From contig CM069164.1 in NCBI GenBank assembly GCA_035221665.1, positions 18,352,001-18,416,000 of the forward strand: 64,000 bases of DNA, in the 5' to 3' direction. The stretch is from Okamejei kenojei. Its lineage: Eukaryota. A program made the translations under genes and the position numbers. Of this stretch, positions 10,079 to 23,555 are shown piece after piece. The notes under the pieces were generated by a model that did no database searches, was not told where the DNA came from, and saw only the letters and a program-made list of their open reading frames with translations. Every line of letters begins with the position of its first letter. Within the stretch, counting starts at the first letter, position 1.

Positions 10079-13000
10079 CAAAATATTAAAATTCAATAGC
10101 ATCCTCCCAGAGCAAACAACTACTGCTTTGTTTTCCCTGTCCTAGTTTTGAAAAAATTCCCTTTACTGATACCAAATCCCAATTCGGTGTACAATATCCC
10201 TCATTGTTTTGGACTTACTGTGGGCTATGGGCTTTATCTTTACCAGTATTTTTGCTGTAAATGCAGAATGCATCAACTTCAGTTTGTCAAGAATATCATG
10301 ATTCTTGAAATATTTCAAGCTGATGCAAGTGTGTAAAAAAACACAACAATTCAAACAGTTCAAACAATACTAAAACCAATGGGTTCGTAATCTTTCTGAA
10401 TGCCATTTGTTTAACATTTGGTTATCTATGTAACCTTCCCCCACCCCCATAAACACTTGATGACATCATGGGTCACTCCTTTTAAGGAATTGGAGATGGC
10501 CAAGGGGTTCTTGATGGCTTCTCTCATTCCCACTGCCAGGGGAGATGGTGCATCAAGGACATTTGCACATTACCTGTTTAAGTGTTAGCTAAAAGGCCCA
10601 GCCCTACCTCGGACATTGATGGAGCAGGTGAGTTGCTCATCTTCCTCTTCGTAACATTCTCAATCACCCACTCCCCACATCTTCACTGTCAGCATCCTCA
10701 ACACATCCCATCATCAGTGGTGCACCCGCTACAAAACAATGCCCACCATTTTCCTTCCACATAAATGCTAACTTCACTATGCATCCAATTTGTAATTCCA
10801 GTCAAATGATTCAAATGAAAAAAAAAGTGGATGCAAATTCAAAGACTGCATTTGAAGGTACAAATTGGTATCAGTTATTTGCAGCTCCATTGATGCCTGC
10901 TGGTTAACGTGACAATGTGTGATCACATCAGCACTAATGTCTCTTCCATTATCATTGCTGATATGAGACATACCACTTATTGCAGCAAAAAAGGCAGAAT
11001 TGTTGGTCTTGATGCAATCGGTTTGTCCCAGAAATATTCAGTCAGATATTTCTGTAAATAATCCTTTTCCAATCATAATACACTGTTGAGGGTTTCTTGG
11101 ATTCTGAAGAAAGCCAACTTATTTAAAAATAAAACAAACCAATTACTATTCGCAGCAATCAACATCAAGCTAAGAAGAAACTTTTTTTTTTTTTAAGGTT
11201 GCGTACACTTATCTATGATTTTCACTAAGCATTCTTCTGGAGAAAATACAAAATAAAAGCCCTGGTAACTGGTTTAAGGATCCTTTTACAAAACGACTTA
11301 TCTACATGGGACCCCTGCTGACCTGTTGAGTGCCAGAGGAAGACCACACTAACCATTTATCATACTGTCAAGTAGCTTAAAATGTCTGCTGGCCTGCTGA
11401 GTGGTTATCCTGAATCGGTCATCGTTCCATTAAATGGAGACAAGCAAAGGTCTAATGTCAACATAGAATTGCCCTTCCTCAGTGAGAGATATTGCTTACA
11501 GCAATGGTTTACACAATGCATCTTAACACAGGGGGCCTCTCTTTGTAAATGCAACCAATTCATCACTCTACAGTATTATAAAGGTTAAGATTTTCTTATC
11601 TAAAACTGCAATGCAACATTTTTGGGCATTTTGATTGCCTTCTTGCTCCATGCAATGAAATTTGTACGAATTAAAGTTACCACAATGTCCAGTTCAAAAT
11701 ACCTTACAGAAAATTCAAAATGAATAGTCTCATTAAGTGACCACAAACACAAAAGAGTCAACCTTATTAACCAAATGAGGTCAGTAAAAACCAAGCCCCG
11801 ATTTTCTCAAATATATTTCAAGTATTCAAATGAATCGATTTAGCAAGTATTGTATGGTTATGTTCATGTTTTTTTAGGTACAGCTGTTTAAGCCTGAAAT
11901 GGATTATGTAAGTAATAAAAAAACTTCTGCACTCCATTCTTCAACCAAAGCATAACTTTACCCTTTCTCTTTCAAAATGCAATAGTCTTGCAGTTCTAAC
12001 ACAGTTCTGGCAGCTCAGCATAAAGAGAGATGTAGGGTACATGTTCATAAGATTACCAGTGAATGAACACTTTCCAGCAGAGGTCACTAGATAGCAATCT
12101 AGAGCACAAAACTAGATGGGGGTTTTTAACTCCCTGGCCAGGGGCACTCAAGATAATTGAAGCCTAGCCCTCCCTCCACACCACTACTCCACTATCATTC
12201 AAGATAAGTCAACAATATAGTCTGTGTGGCTCAGCTCCATACCGTGGAGTAATCTTGAACAGATTTCTATGATATATCTATTAGTAATCAGATGTAGAAC
12301 AATTAGGAAAGGCAGGATCATTGTGTGTTAAATGAGTAACTTCTGAAACTATTTGTGATTCTAATTTGCCCATTCCAAAGGTTTACAGTTACAATTTTAC
12401 AAAATGAATAAGATAATTAATGATCAATACACGTTTCCACAATGCAAGAAGAGCAGATTCATTCCCATTGTGCAAGGAAAGAAAAATTGGGGAATGCATC
12501 ATTGGGCAGCTCGCTCTTTCATGGCCTTCGAGCAGACAAAACTTTGTTGTTTTTTTTGACATATGGACTCCAAAGGTCTTAGAGAGGGCAAATGTTCGGA
12601 AAAGCTGAAGGCCTGTGCAAATTCCTTTTAGTGAAAAGATTAAATAATTACATTGACAAATTATAGATTCCATAATGCAAAGTACTCATACTTAGCTTTT
12701 AGCGCAAATCATCGGATTATTTAAGGATTGTTATTGGCACATGAAGTGGATTGGTTATACATGTCACTGAAGAAAACAACAGTACATTTACAGAAGGAGA
12801 TTAAAAACAAAACTGCCTATCAACATATCATTATGTGCAAGAATAATATTCAGTTTAAATAGAATATTAGAAGAAGCATCTTCACTATCATTTTAATTCC
12901 AGTGTTCAATGAAAATCCTCTACTTTAAGATGTTCCAAACAATTTTTTTTAAATGCATTAGTGAAAAGACCTACAAAAATAAAAACAAAATCTGGCAAAG

Positions 13001-14117
13001 CCAGTCACTTCCTCCCTGGATGGTGGAGCTCCTATTTCACAGCATTATTTTTGCTGCTGCTATTAATGGATCATCTAAAACAAAAGCACATATTTTGCAG
13101 TTTTAATGGTTTCTGGTAACCAGATAACCTGCAGGAGGCTCCGACGCAGAACACTTATAGTGCGTTTAAATAATCCCCATAAAAGCTGAGAGCCACCACT
13201 TATCAGGAGATCCACTGCAGACCATAATTTATTATGCACCATCTAACAATGGTAATATTTACCTTAAAATAACAGAGAACCACAGAATTATTGCTGTACT
13301 ATTGGTGTCTCCACCAAGATTGCAATAACTTGTGTTAACTCTTGCTAGAGTTGGTGTTCCGTCTCCTTATTTCTTTTTATTTTATTTTAATACTACAGCC
13401 GACACTTTCAAAGGAATGAACGTTACTTGCAATGGGTTCAAGTGCTCCAACATAGGTTTATTTTAAGGAGAAGCACCAAGTAGCTAGTGGAATTTGTATT
13501 GCGTTTCAGTATGATGGGCTTGTTAGAGTAAAACAAGTACAGTTGGAAATGTGCCGTTTGGTATTCACTTCACAGGGAATACTTTACAGATCATCTTGAG
13601 TGATGTTGTTTCAGCTCAATGAGTACAAACATTGAAATGAAAGAAACTTGAAATGGTACTAAAGCTTTATTGGTGAAGTTACCTGGTTAGAGGTTTGAAT
13701 TTGCTTGATCAAGCCCTTGAATTCCAAGCACATAAATGAAGAGATTGAGGGAGTGAAACAGCAATTGTCAGAACAAAGTGCAGTTCCCATATAAGTGGAA
13801 CATATTGTCAAAGAGTGCAGCCAAAATGAGATGCAGGACTCAAAGCTTATATAGAGTAATTTCAAACTGCACAGTGGTAAAGGACAATTGATAAATGGGA
13901 AAATGTGAATGGAATAGGGACAGAACCTCATAGTATCGTAGTTGGACTTTGCTGTACACTTTGCCTACGTAGAACATTTTAAGCAGAAAAATATCTTTGA
14001 CCATAAATCCATTGGGCAGTGAACACAAGGACACAAGACAGGAGCAAGCCATCAGGTCCTTCAAACCTATGGCACCGTTTAATATGATCATGGCTGATCT
14101 ATGCAGTCCTCAATTAG

Positions 14118-14395
14118 AGCGGTCATGGTGGCGCAGCGGCAGAGACCCAGGTTCGATCCCAACCACGGGTGCTGTCTGTACGGAGATTGTACGATCTCTC
14201 CATGACCTGTGTGGGTTTTCTCTGAGATATTCTGTTTCCTCCCACGCTCAAAAGACGTACAGGTTTGTAGGTTAATTGGCTTGGTAAATGTAAAAATTGT
14301 ACCTAGTGGGTGTAGGATTGAGTTAATGTGCGGTCTATGCGGACACGGTGGGTCGAAGGGCCTGTGTCCACACTGTATCTCTGAACTAAACTAAA
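14118..14395 (+). mobile_element. HE1-like V-SINE
   Basis: GGTGGCGCAGCGG, GGTTCGATCCC, V-domain, tail GGGTCGAAGGGCCTGTGTCC...CTGAACTAAACTAAA. Confidence 0.9.
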
Positions 14396-16644
14396 TTCCT
14401 CACGTGTCAGTTCTCCACACCCCTCCATTCTTCGATCTATCAAATATTTATCCATCTCCACTTCAAATACATCTACCTGCCATGGTAAAGAATTTCAGAG
14501 ATTCACCATCCTGTGGTAAAACATTTCTAGACACTTCAATTTTAAATTATTTTGCAGTTATATACTGGTATTGGTTTATTAAGATTGAAGAACTGCCGTA
14601 TTCTATTGGCATGGATATTATAATTCCTTCAGACCTTAATCATCAGCAAGGTGGCAAGTTGTTCCCAGAGCCAAGTGGCCACAACCAATCTCTGCAAGGC
14701 ATTGTGTTATTGATGTACTATAACCAAGAATAAATCTGTCACAAAAGACTCTCTTGGATCTTTACAGAAATTTGCTACTATCAGTGCAAACCACTACATT
14801 CCCCAAATTGGTGCATGTCACCAACATGTCGACATGTTCAGTAAGTGTGTACAGCTCAAGCATTGGCAATGGATAGCACTAAGAATTTTATTTTATGTAT
14901 ATAATAAAAACAATAAACTTCTACCATTATATCCAAAAGCCATCACAGGATATTTCTAGATGTTAATTCAAGAGTCAAGCATGTTTACTGTTCTATGTAC
15001 CAAAACAGGACAATGACATTTTCCCCATGCAGCAGCATGATAGGGTTATAAACACTGTACTCAAGAGATTTTTTTTTTTTAATTATTAAAAAAACAATCT
15101 CGTGCAAAACAAAAAGCCAAATGCCCCTTGGTTCTACAGTGACCTGAAAATTATTTATCATGAAAAACATAGTCCAACTTAGCTTCATTTTAGACTTGAT
15201 TAAATGGGCAAAACTCATTTTTAAAATGCTTGGATTACTTCCTTTAAAAAAAAACAACTTATGCGGATGCTGAGCGAATATATTAGATTCGGCAGAATTA
15301 TTTGTCATTGAAGTAGCAGGTTTGAAAAATGCAGAATGAACCCGCATGCTTCCACACTCCTCAGAGACGTCATTGGAGCATGCTGAATCTCTCAAACTAA
15401 TGAGGCATCGTCTCAAAGGATTTTTAAAGAGTCTTTAATATTTTAATGCATGTCACAGTTCGTGAGACACAATCTTATACATGATTTGAATTGCCCAGAT
15501 GCAATCTAAGGCATCAATGCAGCAGGGCAAATTTTAATTGCTTGTACATTTTGTACAAGAAGCCTCAGGGGCCACTAGCTTTTAACGACAACTTGAATAG
15601 ATTCACACAAGTCATTGGATCACATTATCTATCCACTGTTGAACTCTTCCCAAACAAATTAATGCAAATTAGAGTGGAAATATTAATAGGATAGAAATAT
15701 AAGATGAAACGGTTTTGACCCAAGCTACTGCCAAATCAACACCATATTAACCGCTCCAACTTAATTAAGACCTGTGGCTTTAGTTGCATCTTTAATTTAT
15801 CCAACTCCTGCTCAAACAAGCCAATTTAAAATCCCTTCAATAGCCATGTAATATATTCAATGTTTTTTAAGTCTATCATTATTTTTTTAGGCTTCCGGAG
15901 TCAGTCTTATATTATGCCTACTTCTTACTGACTATGACCAGTGGAAATCATCTTTCATTAGCTTCTTTCTCAACCGCTTCCAAAGTGCATCTTTCCCCCA
16001 GCACCATCCTTCTTTTCAAGCCGGGATCCTCAAAGTGTACACCATCCTCAACTAGGGCTTGAAATAATATCCTTTATTCTTTGCAAGAACCTCTCCCAGC
16101 TCTTTATTGAAAAATGAACTCAAGAATCTCAGGTCCTTTCTTTGGCTACATCTACTTGTAAACCAATGTAGATATGCAAGTCAATCCTTGCATCTCTCAA
16201 GTCTTCTTCATCAACGATTTTTTTTTAAAGGACTATATTTCCATATTCCATTTTACAAAGTACAACACTTGGCATGAGCCTGGTAGCCATCTGCTCATTC
16301 ATGGACAGAGCTTTCTTATAAAATATTATATTACAAAATGGTGCTGCCTTGTCCTGAATAAGATGGTTCAACAACCCACCAACACATGAAAAACAGCCAG
16401 TGGAAAATAATGGAGGGTAACAGTTACCACGTTGAGATGATATCAGGACATGGTCTTAAGGAATAAGGAAATAAGAGTAAGGAAATGAAGGGGAGAGTGA
16501 GGATTAGATTTAGGTTTGTAAACCAATGTAACAAATCTACTTTAACAAAGTGTGAAAAGTTTACTGTTGGGGTCTAAACCTGTGACATTTATGGCTTAAT
16601 CCAAAGGCAAGAACAATTAATTGGCATAATCACTGAATTGGAAA

Positions 16645-17420
16645 ACAAATAAAACTGCTGGTGTTGGAATCTGAAATAAAACCAAATGCTGGAAGAACTC
16701 AGCCAGTCAAGCAGCATCTGTGGAAAGAGAAACCAGTTAACATTAAAGGTCAGGAACTGGGGTGGGAGTGTGAAGGGGTGTTTGTTTTCAAAGCATTGCT
16801 GGGGAAGGGGTGAGATGTCAGACAAAACAAGGGACAATAGATCAGATAAGGAGAAATAATTCTAACTATCAAGGAAGCACTTTATAGAAACGAGGTGAGA
16901 AAGGAAAATGATAGGATTTAGGAGAAGCTGGTAAATTAATTGTTCATTGCCAGACGGCTGCTAAGTCTCCAGACAGAAGATAAGATGTTGTTCTAGTTTA
17001 CTTTGGTTTTGGAGGAGGCAGCAGACAGATCGGTCAAAATGAGCATAAGATTGAGATTTAAAGTGACTTGCAACAGGAAGTTGGATCACCCCTGTGGACT
17101 GAGTACAGGGGCCTTGTAAAGTGATCATGCAATCTGTGTCTGGTTTCTCCAGTGTAGAAGAGACCCCATTGTGAACAACAAATGCTATGACTGGATTGGA
17201 AGTAAAAGTGAATCGCTGCCTCAAATGGACGGGAAGAGGTGAATGGACATACAGTGCCCTCCATAATGTTTGGGACAAAGACCCATCATTTATTTAGGGC
17301 ACTGTATGTTGCATTGTACCCAGTTGCATGGAAGGTGCCATGGGAAGGGTAACGGTGGTTTAGGATGGTAGAATGGACCAGGGAATCATGAAGACAGCAC
17401 TCCGTGTGAAATCCAGGAAG
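16645..17420 (-). mobile_element. Degraded Penelope-like element fragment
   Basis: ORF track CSQWGLFYTGETRHRLHDHF (GIY-YIG-like) plus terminal-repeat text CTGGAAGAACTCAGCCAGTCAAGCAGCATCTG at 16689-16720. Confidence 0.75.
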
Positions 17421-17819
17421 GGGAGACCACAGACATTAGAATCTAGAACAAAGATCAAACTACTGCAGGTGTCAGGCAGCCTCTGTGGAGTTGAAGGGAG
17501 GGAAGGAAGAGACAAGGAACTGCAGATAGTATTTTTGCTCCAGCATTATGTGTCCCATTGAGGTACTCAAGCACTTTGTGTCCGAGTTGAAGGAATTGTT
17601 GATGTTTCAGGTCAAGAGCCCGAATTAGGACAGAGTGTTAAGGGATGGTAGTCAGTAAAAAGGGATGGAAGGAAGGGGTGAAACAGGGTGCGGCAGGTGA
17701 CAAGCAGAGCCAGCTGAGGTGGGGACTGATGGTGCCAGGTGGGGGAGGGAAGATAGATTTGAGACAGGGGCTGGTGGGAGATAGCTGGAAACAAAGGGAA
17801 AAATCTCGCCATCTGCATC

Positions 17820-18110
17820 AGGATCCCATTATCACATCATCCCATCACCACCCCTTTCTGCAGGGACTACTCCCTACGTGACACTGGTCCATTCATCCCT
17901 CCCCAACCAACACTCCCTGCTCCATGGCTTATTTCCCTGCAACCATAGGATGGGCAACACCTGGTCACACACCACCTCCCTCACCACCATCCAAGGACCT
18001 AAACAACCTTCCAGTAGAGATGAACAATCGCATGCAACTCCTCCAACCTCCACCACCGCACTCAGTGCTCCCAATGTGGCCTCATCTACATGGGAGAGAC
18101 CAAGTGCTGG
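17820..18110 (+). mobile_element. Degraded Penelope-like element fragment (RT-EN linker)
   Basis: ORF track LVHSSLP...GLFPCNHRMGNTWSHTTSLTTIQGPKQP resembles the Cys-rich linker preceding the PLE GIY-YIG domain. Confidence 0.7.
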
Positions 18111-18248
18111 TTCAACTGTTCCTCCAACAGTTTGTTTTCCGTGGTGCGGTCATGGTGGAGTCGATGGAAATTGTAATTGGTAGAACACAGAATGAGAAAG
18201 CTGGTAGGGTGCGGGCCCAAGAAACTCCATGTGCTGTGCTGGGAGAAA

Positions 18249-18453
18249 GGTGTAGGATGGAACTGCGGATGCTGGTTTAAGTGGAAGATGGACACAAAAA
18301 GCAGGAGCAACTCAGCGGGTCAGGCAGCATATCTGGAGAAAACGAATAGGTGATGTTTTGGGTCAAGACCCTTCTTCCTCAACCCGAAATATCACCTATT
18401 CACCAGAGAAGTTGTCTGACCCGCCTGGTTACTCCAGCCTTTTGTGTCTATCT
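18249..18453. mobile_element. Head-to-head inverted Penelope-like terminal repeats
   Basis: GCAGGAGCAACTCAGCGGGTCAGGCAGC...AATAGGTGATGTTTTGGGT mirrored by ACCCGAAATATCACCTATT...CTGACCCGCCTGGTTACTCCAGC. Confidence 0.8.
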
Positions 18454-18599
18454 GGTGAAAGGTGGGTCAGAACAGATGTGCAGGGAGGAAGGGGAGGGGA
18501 GCACTATAGAGGAAGTCTATAGTTAATGGAATAAATGCGACAGATGTAGAAACTCGGTGAAATGATTCACTGAATGTGTTGGCTAATGATTTCTTTACT

Positions 18600-18861
18600 T
18601 TCGTTTATTTTAGACATACAGCACGGAAACAGGCCCTTCAGCCCACTGAGTCCATACGGACTAGGGATCACCCTGTACACAAGCACTTCCCTATGCACTA
18701 CGGACAATTTTACTAAAGCCAATTAACCTACCATTTTCTCCGGAGCATCCGGAGAAAATGTGGTCAAAGGGAGAATGTAGAAACTCTGTACAGACAGCAC
18801 CAAACTCAGGTCATTGGCGCTGTAAAGCAGTAGTTCTACTGTTGTGCGACTGTGCTGCCCT
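18600..18861 (-). mobile_element. Degraded HE1-like SINE
   Basis: CAGCACGGAAACAGGCCCTTCAGCCCAC (reverse tail) ... CTACTGTTGTGCGACTGTGCTGCCC (reverse head). Confidence 0.85.
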
Positions 18862-19859
18862 TGAAGATTTACCTTACAGATATTTCCTTGAAAAAGCATA
18901 TTAAATGAAACGCAGTATAATATTGGCCATAAAATAATACTGTTGTACAGAGTTATGCCTCACTACTTCAATGATCGGGAGTGACAAAGAAAGTGCAAGC
19001 ATTTAAAAAAAAAAAAGAAAAATCCAGGTTCTGATTCATCCACACACTAATTGTGTGAAATATGCCATCAGAGATACGGCAAGCAATACAAATTCACCAG
19101 CTTTAGTTTTTATTCCCAGCACAAGTCACACACAAGCAGACTGCAATGTTTTCTCCACTACAACCATGACCACACATCAAACAAATATTTCACTAGCTGT
19201 GAGAAGCTTTGAGAGGTTCTGAAAGGAATGCAAAACGCATGCCTCTAATGTTTTTTTCACAGCAAGTCCCTGACGTTAGCCAGAGCAAAAGTTTGAATTC
19301 TGAAATTGCGCAACACACATCTTGGTTTGGCGAAGGGCAGTTTTTTTTTGGGTGGGGTGAGGAGGCAGTGGGAGCAGAAGGGAAAACCATAAACACTGGG
19401 CAGAGCTTCCATTACTGATAATCACTCATTGACTTGTGTTTGATAGTTCAGATATGTTAATGTTGGACAGAGAACAGGTCTGACCTCTTTGACCTCACAC
19501 TTCACTGTCCCTGCTGCCAAATGGAGAGCAGCTAATTTGGCAGGAGGGTGGAGAAAGGCTGGCACCCACTGATGTGGGTAAGAACCAGGGGTTTCAGGAG
19601 CTGGAACGGAAACCAATGGGAGGCTTTGTCGGGTGCGAGTGTGAAAATGCGTTTTCACAACTACTGGCCCACCCAATGTCTGTGGCTGAACCATTGGTTC
19701 CGATTTTTGTGACTTTTTCAGCAGCGACTGAATACTGAATGGTTGGTTGCCATTGACCGTAATTCACTGATCAATGCATAGCTAAACACTGAACCTATTT
19801 GTCTTCAGTAATGCTCCCAATATGCCCACACAATGCCAGGCAGAAATGTAACCTCTCTT

Positions 19860-19977
19860 GTAGAAACAATGAACTGTAGATACTGGTTTATGGGAAAAAA
19901 AGACAAAGTGCTAGAGTAATTCAGCATCCCTGGAGAACATGGAGAGATCACATTTCGGTTCAGGCCCCTTCTTCCTG
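19860..19977 (-). mobile_element. Degenerate Penelope-like terminal repeat
   Basis: GACAAAGTGCTAGAGTAATTCAGCATCCCTGGAGAACATGG...TTTCGGTTCAGGCCCCTTCTTC. Confidence 0.6.
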
Positions 19978-20005
19978 CTCAAATGCTGAAGTCAAATAAC
20001 CATTG

Positions 20006-20410
20006 ACACAGCAGTAGAGTTACTGCCTTACAGCACCAGGGACCCGGGTTCAAAACTGACTAAGGATGTCCCGACTATGTACAGGGTTTGTACGTTCTCC
20101 CCAAGGGCGGGCGGCAGTGGTGCAGTGGTAGATTTGCTGCCTTACAATGCCAGAGACCGGGGCTCGATACTGACTACAGGTGCTCGTCTGTACGGAGTTT
20201 GTACATTATCCCAGTGATCTGCATGAGATTTCGCCAGGATCTCCGGTTTCCTCCCACACTCCAAAGACGTACAAGGTTTGTAGGCTAATAGACTTTGCAA
20301 AAATGTAAATTGTCCCCCGTGTGTGTAGGACAGTGTAAGTGTGCGGCGATCACTGGTCGGCATGGACTTGGTGGGCCGCAGGGCCTGTTTCACGCTGTAT
20401 CTCAAACTTA
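20006..20410 (+). mobile_element. Two adjacent HE1-like SINEs (truncated 5' copy 20006-20103, full copy 20108-20410)
   Basis: Two tRNA-like heads (GGTTCAAAACT; GGCTCGATACT), one V-domain, tail GGGCCGCAGGGCCTGTTTCACGCTGTATCTC. Confidence 0.87.
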
Positions 20411-20861
20411 CACTGTCAAAGCCCCAGAAACAGAAATCTAATGCCAAGTGAAAACATTTATTTAGATATATTTTAAAAGTCACCCTCCTCTATTGACGAA
20501 CCTTTCACCTCAACACTCCAATCCTCAACAAACTACAGTGGCATGAATAGGAGGTCTAAGTGACGATATAAAAGCCAGCAGTGTAGTGAACATTACACTT
20601 TTAGCACTGGCTCAGGAACATCTGGGGGACAACTAAGTGTAATTGGTCATTTAAAAGTTGCACCAACATGTCAGTAAAGCATTGTGGGCCCCTTGCCAAA
20701 TGCATCATTACCAGCAAATGTTTGCTAACCATTTATTTTCATTGACAAGCTGCAAATAGCTTTGCTTCAAAAGAAAGGCAATTCCCTTCACTGCTAAAAA
20801 TATTTGCAAATATCGAAAGTTCTTCAAAAGAAACGAGCTCACAGGTCACCAGCGAGGGCAC

Positions 20862-20890
20862 GGGGGGGGGGGGGGGGGGGGGGGGGGGGG
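20862..20890 (+). repeat. G29 homopolymer followed by (AG)n
   Basis: Direct count. Confidence 0.95.
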
Positions 20891-23007
20891 AGAGAAAGAG
20901 AGAGAGAGAATATGAATCAGAGGTCAAAACAATGGAGAAAATGTTTTTTTTTCCTGAAGGGTCATTCCTTTCGTACTAACCTCCATTTAGTGGTGATAAA
21001 GACAAAGGCAAACCTACTGAAAAACCAGACCTCTCAATTCTAAAAAGGTCCCCTCTGGGACCATGCAACAGATAAGGCCTGGCTAGACAAGACAAAAACA
21101 GTGCCTACACAAAATTTACAGCCAGTGTCTTTTAACTTTGACTACTTGATACAAGATGGGGCTTATCCTAGTTAGGCACATGAATTTCTGTGAGCCAGGA
21201 TAAAGTTCTGACTGAAAGCAAAAAGTTAATGCCTTCTGTGCTGTCCAGTTCCTCGCAAGCTCACCGTATATTGTCCTGCAACAGTCTAGTGGCTAGCCTG
21301 CTGGGGTGAATAAGTGCCCCAAGCTCATTCTCAGAATACAATAAAGCTGCTGCAATTATGCAGGAAAGAATCCAACCATGCTAGATGGTGACATCTGGGC
21401 CATGCCCTTTGACACGCTTAGAATCTGCCTTGACTAAAGCCTGCTTTTGAAGCAATTGGGAGACTGAGATCTGGGGGGACTGTAAAGGGAGTGGCGACAC
21501 AACAAAGCCAAAATCAAGCTGTATGATGTTACAGAAACCTCCTAAAAGGTAGGTCTTCTGACTCACAACAACCAGACTACAGATATTGTTGCATTTGTGA
21601 GATCATCGCATATAAATTCTGATAGTCAGCACCTAAATGTAAGTACAACAAAAACTTTGATCTATTAAAACATACTGAAATATTTCCACATCTTGCATTA
21701 AAGTTAATATTGCATGGCTAACTTTAATCAATTGATACCCATAACTGGTTATGTGCCAAATAGATCTAGGAGGTTAAAACTAACATTCAATTCACATTAG
21801 CTGCTGCCTACACTCGGTATTCAATAATCAGTTTGAATCAAATTGTCTTTGCATACATGGTGCCTGATATGCAAACTCCCTGATGCTGTGAATCTCAGGG
21901 CTGGAAGCGGAATTTAGAGGTAGCTTCACAATACAAACCCTCTTCTAAATTCAAACTATTTATCCTGGATCAACAAACTGAAATTTGCATTCCTAGTGTA
22001 AACCAGGTTGGAGAGATTTAATTGCTGCCCCTATTGTAAATCCTTCTACTTCTTCATGGTCACCTGATGTTTATGATTTATTTGTGTAATCCTGCCTATC
22101 TCAAGCCTTTGTTCTGCCCCTTTGAAGGCCTTCAGGTCAAACACTCCCCCACCCCACCCCCATCACCCAAAATAAATGGTTCCCTGTCTACTGAACAGTG
22201 TTCTTTAGTGGAGGATAAAACTGAATCAAGACAGCATTACCAAAAATCATTAAGGGCGGTCAAGAAGTGACAGAATAATTTGCAAGGATATAGGAAATGT
22301 ACCTAGTGTATGGTAATTGAGGGCCAGTTAATACTTCAGTATGTAACATAAACCACTGTAAATAAAAGGGAGATTTCTGATTTGTCCAAAACATGCCTTC
22401 AGGCCTAAAAATACATATTCTTCCAAATTAAACATGGTCTATTAGTTTTTCATGGGTTAACTACCATTGTGACCTTGTAATAGAAAGAAAACTTACATTT
22501 ATCGAACTGGTTAAATTAAAACAACTTTGCCCAATGCACAAGACAAGACTATTGAAACAAGTATTCAGACTCAACAACATAACTTAATTAATTGCAATAG
22601 ATTTCTCCTCAACAGTACCTCTGCCCCGATGCAGCTTTGACTTATTTATTGGTTCAGCATTAATGATTTAGAACCAGTAAGAAATATTTTTTTGTTTATC
22701 AGAATCTGTCGAGCATGTACCTATCCCTATCTTTTTATTAATTATATTTTATACAAGAATCATTATTAAAGTTTGAGAAACTTCAAAAACATGCATTCTC
22801 AAAAAAAATTGCTTCTGGTATATTGCATTTAAATGGCACGTTTCAAAATAAAAATCATCACTCTACACAATGGTATTGGTCAACTAGTGCAAAAGCAAAA
22901 TAGTGTTTCTTTCATTTTGCTCTGAATTCGTGGCAGCCAAAGTATCTGTTCAAATGAGTCAGGGGTCATTGCTGTCATCCTATCATATACCTTGCCTGAA
23001 AAAAAAA

Positions 23008-23100
23008 GTACACAAAGTGCTGGAGTAACTCTGTGGGTCAGGCAGCACCCCAGGAGAACATGAATAGGTGACGTTTAGGGTCACAACCCTTCTTCAGACA
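23008..23100 (-). mobile_element. Penelope-like terminal repeat with mutated hammerhead core
   Basis: Minus strand CTGAAGA-AGGGTTGTGACCC-TAAA-CGTC (GAAA changed to TAAA). Confidence 0.78.
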
Positions 23101-23282
23101 CAGAACTTTCATTTTTCTTGCTTAACTAGTTAAAACTGAGTCTTCATTGTCCATATTCCAATGGACAGAGAAGACTAACTTTCCTGGTGGCCTAGTGGTA
23201 AAGTGCCCAAGGCTTGCATTGCCTAATTTCTGTAGAGATTTAACTCCTACCTGGCTCATTGTTTTGCTCTGCATATTGTTTC

Positions 23283-23555
23283 ACCAGATTCAGGGACAGT
23301 TTCTTCCCACCTGTCATCAGGCAATTGTACCATTGTACCAACAACTACAGAGCAGAACTGAGCTACTATCTCATTGGAGACCCTCAGACTATCTTTGATC
23401 GGACTTTATCACACACAGGATGCGAATCATGTTATTCCCATTATCATCTAACTGTACACTGTGGATGGCTCGATTGTAATCACGTATTGCCTTTATGCTG
23501 ACTGGTTAGCACGCAACTTTAGCTCGATACACGTGACAATAAACTAAACACAAAC
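23283..23555 (+). mobile_element. Rex1/Babar-like LINE 3' end
   Basis: ORF track TRFRDSFFPPVIRQL resembles the Rex1 ORF C-terminus; ends ACACGTGACAATAAACTAAAC. Confidence 0.7.

Noticed and set aside
14985-15416. 143-aa minus-strand ORF in intron 11
   Set aside because: Spans poly-A/T runs, lacks recognisable motifs and convincing splice sites; kept only as part of a candidate non-coding island.
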